From NCBI GenBank assembly GCA_903928895.1, contig CAIYSR010000117.1, positions 1 through 32,000 on the forward strand: a stretch of 32,000 bases of DNA, read 5' to 3'. A model generated the notes under the pieces. It worked only from the letters and a program-made list of their open reading frames with translations, was not told the DNA's origin and made no database searches. Numbering within the stretch: the first letter of the stretch is position 1; the number at the start of each line of letters is the position of its first letter. A program made the translations under genes and the position numbers. This document shows positions 25,864-32,000 of this stretch, one piece after another. Origin of the DNA: an uncultured Rhodospirillales bacterium. Lineage in GTDB: Bacteria > Pseudomonadota > Alphaproteobacteria > Acetobacterales > Acetobacteraceae.

Positions 25864-26703
25864 GTGGAACTCTACAAGTATGCTGGCCTTGATAGGTTTG
25901 ACATCCTCAGAACGAGCCTCATTAGATATTCACAACCAAGTGCATTCAATGATCCATTCGAAATGCCGGCATTTCTCGAAAAAATTATCACCGACGAAGA
26001 AATGGAAATAAAATTGGAAAAAGAATTTATTCCGGAATTACTTAATCAATATATTGACAATTTTTCTACAGAAGGAAAGTTAGTGGTTCCATTTTCATAT
26101 ATATTGGAAAGAAAAGACGAATTATTTTAGCAGGCTCGCCGTGGAATCCCAAAATTATTGCATGCATTTACCATTGAAATACGGAAGAGAATTCATGATC
26201 TGGATAACCTTGTTGGTATCTTATCGCTCACCGAAGTGCCCGACGATCTTTTGATGTGGGCTCACTACGGTGATCAGCATCGCGGGATCGTTCTGGAGAT
26301 TGACTCCGAGGATGCAACACTGAACGAGCGCCGGACGACCGACGACGACTTTCGCCACTTGCGCAAAGTTAACTACGCTGACGAAAGACCGGAACTTATT
26401 CTTTCCGAATTTTCTTTTGAAGACCTATTTTTGCTTAAAAGTAACCATTGGGGATATGAAAATGAATGGAGGATTATAAAGTCCCTAAGTGACGCCACGA
26501 AAACTATAAATGCAGAACCACATGACATTTACCTATTTAACCTGCCGTCTCGCGCCATCAAAAGACTAATACTCGGCGCTCGCGTTCCCGAACGAATTCG
26601 TCTCAACATTGAGAACGAATTGAGTTTAAATTCGCATCTATCTCATATAACCGTGCAACAGGCCCAACTCGAAGATCGCAAGTTCGCAATTAGGATTATC
26701 TAG
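25864..26703 (+). pseudogene. DUF2971 family gene interrupted by a single in-frame TAG (26128-26130)
   Basis: ORFs 25864..26130 and 26158..26703 are in the same frame (both coordinates are 1 mod 3). Fragment 1 has LYKY...SQPSAFNDPFE. Fragment 2 has LSLTE...LLMWAHYGDQHRGIVLEI and KSNHWGYENEWR. Together they form a canonical DUF2971 layout of about 279 aa. The segment is AT-rich. Confidence 0.75.
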
Positions 26704-26769
26704 GATGAATTTCTCTTCTGCCTTGCGAGACAAATAGGGAGAAAAATCCTATGCAAACATCAAGTGCCC

Positions 26770-27033
26770 CTACTCCCCCAACTCCTTCTCCACCGCCCGA
26801 ACGACCACCCCCTGCCACCCCGGCCCCAACGCCCGCAGCCGCGCCAGCGTTTCCACCGGAAATCGGATACTCACCAGCGTCTTCGGCGCCGCCACAGGCG
26901 GCCGCCCCCGCCGCACCACCGTCTCCCCCCGCCGCAGCGTCGCCGCCGCGAAGAAATCCTCCGTCAACTCCGGCGCATCATCCGCCGGGTCCAAAATGGG
27001 CGCGCCAGCGCCGCTCTTCCTTGTCATGGCCAT
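26770..27033 (-). CDS. brnA: BrnA-family antitoxin (RHH)
   Basis: 87 aa: PELTEDFFAAA...RRGRP...PKTLVSIRFPVETLARLRALGPGWQGVV. The second ATG at 27027 has better GAGG spacing. Confidence 0.85.
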   Translation of the reverse strand: MAMTRKSGAGAPILDPADDAPELTEDFFAAATLRRGETVVRRGRPPVAAPKTLVSIRFPVETLARLRALGPGWQGVVVRAVEKELGE

Positions 27034-27259
27034 ACCTCATCGAAATAACCCGCCGCACCTCGCCGCGCAGCGTCCACACCATCACCACCAGCCGCCCCGC
27101 CACATACCCCGCCGTGATGAACCGCGCCTCGCCATACGCGAACCGCTCATCCTCCAACGTGGCATGCAACCCGGCGAACACCGCCGCCGCATCCTCGAAA
27201 TCCAGCCCCCGCTCCGGCAGCGTCACCCCCCGCTTCGCCGGGTCATAGCTGATCTTCAC
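26978..27259 (-). CDS. brnT: BrnT-family toxin (DUF497 ribonuclease)
   Basis: 93 aa: ISYDPAKRGVTLPERGLDFEDAAAVFAG...EDERFAYGEARFIT.GYVAGRLVVMVWT.RGEVRRVISMR. Confidence 0.88.
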   Translation of the reverse strand: MKISYDPAKRGVTLPERGLDFEDAAAVFAGLHATLEDERFAYGEARFITAGYVAGRLVVMVWTLRGEVRRVISMRYGHDKEERRWRAHFGPGG

Positions 27260-27301
27260 GATTTATCGCAGCTACAATTAATCCCCACTGCAATCCCTTT
27301 C

Positions 27302-27637
27302 CTACCCCACCAACGCCCGCACCATCCCCCGAACCGCCCCCAACTCCCCCACACTCACCCGCCCCTTCTTCACCGCCCCCCGCGCCCGCCAATCCAAACT
27401 CTTCACCTGATCCGCCAACACCACGCTCGCCGGGTCCCCCGCCAGCCTCACCTCAAACGGATATCCCTTGATCCGCGTCGTCACCGGGCAGCACAGCATC
27501 AACCCCGCCCGTCCATTATACGAAGCCGGACTCAGCACCAGCGCCGGCCGATGCCCGGCCTGCTCATGCCCCGCCTGCGGATCGAACGTCAGCCAAACCA
27601 CATCTCCCGCATCCGGAACATACCCCCGCCCGCTCAC
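27302..27637 (-). CDS. mazF: MazF/PemK-family type II toxin (mRNA interferase)
   Basis: 111 aa: YVPDAGDVVWLTFDPQAGHEQAGHRPALVLSP..YN...LMLCCPVTT.IKGYPFEV...VVLADQVKSLDW. The GTG start forms a GTGA overlap with the antitoxin stop. Confidence 0.9.
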   Translation of the reverse strand: MSGRGYVPDAGDVVWLTFDPQAGHEQAGHRPALVLSPASYNGRAGLMLCCPVTTRIKGYPFEVRLAGDPASVVLADQVKSLDWRARGAVKKGRVSVGELGAVRGMVRALVG

Positions 27638-27876
27638 CAGGCCTCCCGCCCCACCGGCCCGCCGCTCGACACCTCGTCATGCCGGTTCTCGTCGCTGATC
27701 CCCGCCACCAGCGCCGCCAAATCATACCCGTCCTCCACGATCGGCTCCATCACCACCCGCCCCCCTTCCTCGCGAACCTCCACCGCCTGGTCCACGGAAA
27801 CCCGCGCCGCCGCCATCACCGACGCCGGAATCCGCACCGCCGCACTGTTCCCCCACTTCTTCACCACCACGCGCAT
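27634..27876 (-). CDS. mazE: MazE/AbrB (SpoVT) family antitoxin
   Basis: ATG 27876 is preceded by AGGAGG. MRVVVKKWGNSAAVRIPASVM is a swapped-hairpin AbrB-type N-terminus. The track ORF extension to 27987 is rejected. Confidence 0.88.
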   Translation of the reverse strand: MRVVVKKWGNSAAVRIPASVMAAARVSVDQAVEVREEGGRVVMEPIVEDGYDLAALVAGISDENRHDEVSSGGPVGREAW

Positions 27877-28037
27877 CACACACCTCCTGTCCACCCCTTC
27901 ATCCTCCACCCTTAACGCTGTCGTGTCAACAATGTAGATACACAGAGAACCCTCCTGCCTCCCCGAGTCGCACCCCTTGCCCTCCAAAGTTTCGTTCTGC
28001 TAAGGTTGCGAACCAAGATGTCCGGGGGGATCCAGCC

Positions 28038-29225
28038 ATGTTGCCGCGAAATATCCGCATCGCCGCCTTGTCCGTCGCCCTCCTCATCCCCGGCATCGCC
28101 GCCGCCGCCCCCACCGACCCCCCGGGCGCCCTCGCCACTCCCACCCCCGGCACCCCCGCCCCCGTGCCCCCATCCACCGTCCCCACGGTCGCCGCCAACG
28201 ATGGCCGCGCCGCATCCCTCGCCCCGCAAACCGATCCCCGCGTCACCTCAGTGCGTGACCGCCTGACCAACGTCACCGCCAACATCCGCGCCATCCGCAC
28301 CCAGTACGACGCCCTCCAGCGCGACGCCCAATGGACGCTCCGCGCCACCGTCGAACAGACCCAGACCGCCCAGCGCGGCCTGCGCGAATACCGCCGCCAG
28401 GCCCGCGACGCCGTCGTCGATACCGACAAGCTGATCGAAGATTCCAACCAGCTCCTCAAGACCCAGAAATCCGAGCTCGTCAGCCAGTTCTTCGCCTTCT
28501 ACCAAAGCAACGGCCTCCAGTTCCCGCCCATCAACACCAACCTCCAGGCCGAAAACGTCGAACCGCCCCCCATCGACCTCGACGAAGCCCTGACCCGCCG
28601 GGCCCGGGACGTCGAACGCATGAAGGACATCGAGGCCACCCTCGCCACCCCCCTGCGCGCGGGCGCGCCCGGCGTGCCCGGCGAAGACCGCAACCAGCTC
28701 CAGTTCGAGCTCCAGCAGCTCAAGCGCCAGGGCGCCCCCAACGAAACCAATCTCCGCCGCGGCTACACCGCCTACGAGTCCCTGCGCGGCTCCTACCAGC
28801 AGCTCGCCCGCCTCGTCGCCGACACCGCCCGCCTCCGCCTCGACGCCGACCGCCTCTCCAGCGAAATCGACGGCGCCATCTCCGATCTCTTCAGCCTCGC
28901 CACCCAGCAAAGCAGCTTCCGCCAGACCGTCACCGCCTATTTCGCCGCGGCCCTCACCGCCCTCATCGTCGGCTTCTTCATCGTCGTCGCCCTCGATTCC
29001 AAAGTCCGCGCCAACATCTTCGGCGGTCAGCTCGGCGTCGCCGGCGGCCAGGCCGGCATCCAGTTCGTCACCATCTTCGCCCTCGTCATCGCCATCATCC
29101 TCTTCGGCGTCATGGGCATCCTCGAAGGCAAGGAACTCTCAGCCCTGCTCGGCGGCCTCAGCGGCTACATCCTCGGCCGCGGCGTCGGCGGCAACCAGCC
29201 AGCCCAGCACCAACCGCCCCCCTAA
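28038..29225 (+). CDS. hypothetical secreted / membrane-anchored coiled-coil protein
   Basis: 395 aa. It has a signal-peptide-like N-terminus (MLPRNIRIAALSVALLIPGIAAAAP), a Pro/Thr-rich linker, a long Q/R/L/D/E-rich helical region, two C-terminal hydrophobic helices and a Gly-rich tail. Strong third-position C periodicity supports this frame. I recognise no domain. Confidence 0.7.
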   Translation: MLPRNIRIAALSVALLIPGIAAAAPTDPPGALATPTPGTPAPVPPSTVPTVAANDGRAASLAPQTDPRVTSVRDRLTNVTANIRAIRTQYDALQRDAQWTLRATVEQTQTAQRGLREYRRQARDAVVDTDKLIEDSNQLLKTQKSELVSQFFAFYQSNGLQFPPINTNLQAENVEPPPIDLDEALTRRARDVERMKDIEATLATPLRAGAPGVPGEDRNQLQFELQQLKRQGAPNETNLRRGYTAYESLRGSYQQLARLVADTARLRLDADRLSSEIDGAISDLFSLATQQSSFRQTVTAYFAAALTALIVGFFIVVALDSKVRANIFGGQLGVAGGQAGIQFVTIFALVIAIILFGVMGILEGKELSALLGGLSGYILGRGVGGNQPAQHQPPP

Positions 29226-29291
29226 GGCCGAGGACGCCCGCGCCGCGAAAAATCCTTGAACCGGGTTTCACCGCGTTTTAGGAATAAATTC

Positions 29292-29888
29292 ATGCGAACC
29301 CAGCCCCTTCCCTCCCCCATCCGCGCCAGCGCCCTCGGCATCGCCGCGCGCCTCACCGGGATTCTCACCGGCCTCGCCACCATTATCGCCTATGATTTCC
29401 TGCGCAATCCGCGCCGCGTCGGCCTCATCATCACCCTCTGGAGCCGCCTCCACCGCGCCGCCCGCCGCTTCGAGCGCCTCGCCGCCCGCCTCGCCGCCGG
29501 CAAGCCCGAGCCGAAGCCCCGCGCTCACCGGCCCCGCCCCAAACCCGCCGCCCCCAGCCCCCGCAGCATGCGCAATGCCCCGCTCCCGCGCGGCCACGGC
29601 TGGATCGTGGCCGAGCTGAAACACCGCGCCGCCCTCTACCGCCTCTACCTCGAAACCCTCCTCGCCGAACCCGACACCGCGGCCCTCCTGGCCGCCTCCC
29701 CCGCCGCCGCCCGCATCCTGCGCCCGTTCTGCCGCATGCTCGGCCTCCCCCCCATCCCCGAATCCCCGCCCGAACCCGTCAGCCAACCCAGCCAGCCCGC
29801 ACCGCGCCGGACGCCCCCGTCGGCGTCCCACCCCGCGCCCCGGCCAGCCCGCCGCCGCCCGCCCCGGCCCGCGAAAAAAACCGCCTGA
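29292..29888 (+). CDS. hypothetical membrane protein, basic and Pro-rich
   Basis: ATG 29292 has AGGA 8 nt upstream. There is one TM-like segment (LGIAARLTGILTGLATIIAY), a block GWIVAELKHRAALYRLYLETLL..P..AALLAASPAAARILRPFCRMLG, and a Pro/Arg-rich tail. No family is recognised. Confidence 0.55.
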   Translation: MRTQPLPSPIRASALGIAARLTGILTGLATIIAYDFLRNPRRVGLIITLWSRLHRAARRFERLAARLAAGKPEPKPRAHRPRPKPAAPSPRSMRNAPLPRGHGWIVAELKHRAALYRLYLETLLAEPDTAALLAASPAAARILRPFCRMLGLPPIPESPPEPVSQPSQPAPRRTPPSASHPAPRPARRRPPRPAKKTA

Positions 29889-29926
29889 CCCACGGCGCCG
29901 ACTTGCGTCTTAATTGTTCCGTTTAG

Positions 29927-31033
29927 TTAATTAAATCGCCCCGGATCGACCAGCCCCACCGCCCCCGCCAGATCCGCATCCACCTTCCCCTCCACCAGCC
30001 CCGCCACCAGCCGCCCCATCGCCGGCGATGTCTGGATGCCATACCCCCCCTGCCCCACACACCAGAAAAACCCGTCCGCCACCCGATCGAACCCCACCAC
30101 CAACCCCCGATCCGGCGAAAACGTCCTGAGCCCCGCCCAGCTCCGCTCAACCCGCCGCACGTCGATATCGAGTGCCCGCTGCATCGCATCGATCCCCACC
30201 GCCACGTCGTACTCGTCCGGCTGCACATCATGCGCATGGATCGGCGTCTCATCCGCCGGCGACACCATCAGCTTCGTCCGCATCTCCGGCCGGCAATACC
30301 ACGCCTCATCCATGTCGTTGATCATCGGCCAATCCGTCACCACCCAAGGCGCCGGGTCCACAATGCAAGCCGTCCGCCGCATCGCCACCAGCCCCAGCGC
30401 CCGCACCCCCGCCATGACCGCCACCTCATCCCCCCAAGCCCCCGCCGCATTGACCACGATCGGCGCCCGAAACACCGCCCCGCCCGTCACCTCGACCTCC
30501 CACGCCCCCCCCACCCGGACAATCCGCCCCGCCCGGCTCCGCAACGCCAACACCCCGCCCCGCCCACGGTGCAACCGCAGGAACCCCTGATGGATCGCCG
30601 CCACATCCAGATCCGCCGCCCCCGCCTCATAAGCCGCCGCCGTCACCACGTCCCGGATCGCTGGAACCATCCCCCGCGCCTCGGCAACCGTTATCTCCCG
30701 CACCCCGACGGCCCCTACCATCGAGTCGCGCAGCGCCCCCTCCTGCCCCGCCCTCGCCAGCACCAGCGACCCCCGAACCCCACACAACGGCACCTCCGAA
30801 AACCCCACCGGCGGCGAAACCAGAAATTCCCGCGACGCCCGCGTCAGAATCTGCGCATCCGGCGAGCCATAATTGGCCAACCACACCGCCGCCGACCGTC
30901 CCGTCGAATGATACCCCGCCGCCGCCTCCGCCTCGACCAGCGCCACGCGCCGGGAAGCCGACAACTGCGCCGCCGCGGTTGCCCCCACGATGCCGGCGCC
31001 GATTACGATCACGTCATACGAATGGATGTCCAT
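29927..31033 (-). CDS. FAD-dependent oxidoreductase (DAO / glycine-D-amino-acid oxidase family)
   Basis: 368 aa. It has an N-terminal Rossmann motif YDVIVIGAGIVGATAA and C-terminal GQGGYGIQTSPAMG. Confidence 0.9.
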   Translation of the reverse strand: MDIHSYDVIVIGAGIVGATAAAQLSASRRVALVEAEAAAGYHSTGRSAAVWLANYGSPDAQILTRASREFLVSPPVGFSEVPLCGVRGSLVLARAGQEGALRDSMVGAVGVREITVAEARGMVPAIRDVVTAAAYEAGAADLDVAAIHQGFLRLHRGRGGVLALRSRAGRIVRVGGAWEVEVTGGAVFRAPIVVNAAGAWGDEVAVMAGVRALGLVAMRRTACIVDPAPWVVTDWPMINDMDEAWYCRPEMRTKLMVSPADETPIHAHDVQPDEYDVAVGIDAMQRALDIDVRRVERSWAGLRTFSPDRGLVVGFDRVADGFFWCVGQGGYGIQTSPAMGRLVAGLVEGKVDADLAGAVGLVDPGRFN

Positions 31034-31072
31034 GCCACGAACATGCCCACCCGCGGCCGCCCCGGCAACCCG

Positions 31073-31456
31073 TCAATCCGCCAACGAAATCCCGCTCCGC
31101 ACCCGCACCAGCCCATTGACCAGCCCAACGATCTCCAAAGCCCCGAACGGCTTGCGCAGCAGTCGGGTCGCCCGATCCTCGGGCACTGGCTCCGGCATTT
31201 CCCAATCCATCAACCCGGTGACGAACACGATCGGTACCCCGCCCCACAGCCGCCGCAGCCATCGCCCGAATCCAACGCCCTGCATCATGCCGGGCAGCGA
31301 GATATCGATCACCGCCGCATCCACCCGCTCCGCCGCCGCATGCGCCTGCGCCGCCACGCCGCTGTCGGCCGCACTGACGTGGTAGCCCGCCCCGCGCAGG
31401 GCGCGGGCGACCACATCGCGAACCTGGAGATGGTCTTCGACCAGCAGGACCTTCAT
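31073..31456 (-). CDS. single-domain response regulator (CheY-like receiver)
   Basis: ATG 31456 (MKVLLVEDH...). Motifs: VIDISLPGM (phospho-acceptor Asp context), VFVTG, LRKPF. The track ORF extension to 31618 is rejected; ATG 31471 is an alternative. Confidence 0.85.
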   Translation of the reverse strand: MKVLLVEDHLQVRDVVARALRGAGYHVSAADSGVAAQAHAAAERVDAAVIDISLPGMMQGVGFGRWLRRLWGGVPIVFVTGLMDWEMPEPVPEDRATRLLRKPFGALEIVGLVNGLVRVRSGISLAD

Positions 31457-31622
31457 GCCGGGCGTCGGCATATGGCACAGCATGGGCGGGATACGATCAT
31501 GCATGGCCCGGCCATGACCGCGCACACCCATCTGGGCGGGCATACTCGAAACCATGAAACTCAGGCTCCCCAATGGACATTCGCCCAAGCTAGGCGCCTG
31601 CATCCGGCCGGGGATCATGATG

Positions 31623-31662
31623 CCGTCAATTGACCGTCAATTTCCGCTATTTTTCGTTATTC
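31623..31662. repeat. about 10.5-bp phased direct repeats (CCGTCAATT x2 plus two degenerate copies)
   Basis: The units read ccgtcaattga / ccgtcaattt / ccgctatttt / tcgttattc, in an AT-rich stretch about 170-200 nt upstream of the response-regulator start. Confidence 0.5.
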
Positions 31663-31771
31663 TTGGGGCCGCCCGACGAATTTCACGGTAGTGTGATCGG
31701 GACGTTCACTCCGGGCCAACCGTTGGATGGGCCGGATCGATGAATGAGCCGTCATGATCCAATTGATCAGG

Positions 31772-31960
31772 TCAGCGATAGATCACGCAGTTCTGCCGCC
31801 CCGCCATCACGCAGTCCTGGATGTGCGATACCCCCGACAGGATGTCCCCGAGCCGCCAGCCGATCACGATCAGCACGACGACCACCACCATTGCGATCAG
31901 CGCATTGCGCCGCGACGGAGGGTCATCATCCGGCTCTTGTATCGGCATCTCGATTGACAC
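31772..31960 (-). CDS. small single-TM hypothetical protein
   Basis: 62 aa with an acidic N-terminus, the TM segment LIAMVVVVVLIVIGW, and a C-terminal QDCVMAGRQNC motif with two Cys. The start is GTG 31960 or ATG 31948. The coding call is weak. Confidence 0.45.
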   Translation of the reverse strand: MSIEMPIQEPDDDPPSRRNALIAMVVVVVLIVIGWRLGDILSGVSHIQDCVMAGRQNCVIYR

Positions 31961-32000
31961 TGTCAGTGGAGGCGTTCAGTTGACCTCATGCGCCCCATGA

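Noticed and set aside
28331-29281. 316-aa Arg/Pro-rich alternative plus-strand frame (and 28248..28910 on the minus strand) over the hypothetical coiled-coil gene
   Set aside because: Third-position C periodicity and a protein-like composition favour the 28038 frame. The alternatives are low-complexity products of the stop-poor, C-rich strand.
1-32000. Scan for tRNA (GGTTCGA-type T-loops), rRNA, CRISPR repeats, IS/transposase/integrase genes and prophage genes
   Set aside because: I recognised none by eye. The only repeats seen are the short tandem or direct repeats reported above.

Overview
This is a high-GC chromosomal window that looks alphaproteobacterial. That placement is an inference from gene content and order only (purE-purK, lpxB, rpmE, coaX-rnj-DUF1467); no database search was run. 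I saw no rRNA, tRNA, CRISPR array, transposase or integrase. Positions 1-19,000 hold ordinary housekeeping genes. They include a divergent DUF465 pair, purEK, and a minus-strand string of photolyase, CFA-synthase-like methyltransferase, metallophosphoesterase, PAS hybrid histidine kinase and nucleoside 2-deoxyribosyltransferase. A PEP-CTERM protein sits next to a LuxR-type regulator. A plus-strand chain of start/stop-overlapping genes follows (GNAT, C-N hydrolase, lpxB, DMT, fdhD, DMT), then rpmE and DUF1467-rnj-coaX. Positions 19,500-31,500 hold a ClC channel, an FAD-linked oxidase, an orphan ABC ATPase, an Ldh_2-family dehydrogenase, a low-GC insert with a DUF2971 gene split by one in-frame TAG, adjacent brnTA and mazEF toxin-antitoxin pairs, two uncharacterised membrane/secreted proteins, a DAO-family oxidoreductase and a CheY-like regulator. 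The most unusual signal is compositional. From about 19.3 kb, and most strongly at 22.3-31.0 kb, the + strand becomes very C-rich and G-poor regardless of gene orientation. This rewrites codon usage on both strands and creates long stop-free antisense frames. Other leads are a candidate minus-strand sRNA or 3-prime-UTR element with an anti-SD motif and a clean intrinsic terminator, an in-frame 15-bp x4 tandem repeat at the 5-prime end of cfa, a structured spacer with a G4 motif and a C10 tract abutting a start codon, and direct repeats bracketing the DUF2971/TA islet. Start codons are often uncertain, and product calls rest on motifs I recognise by eye.
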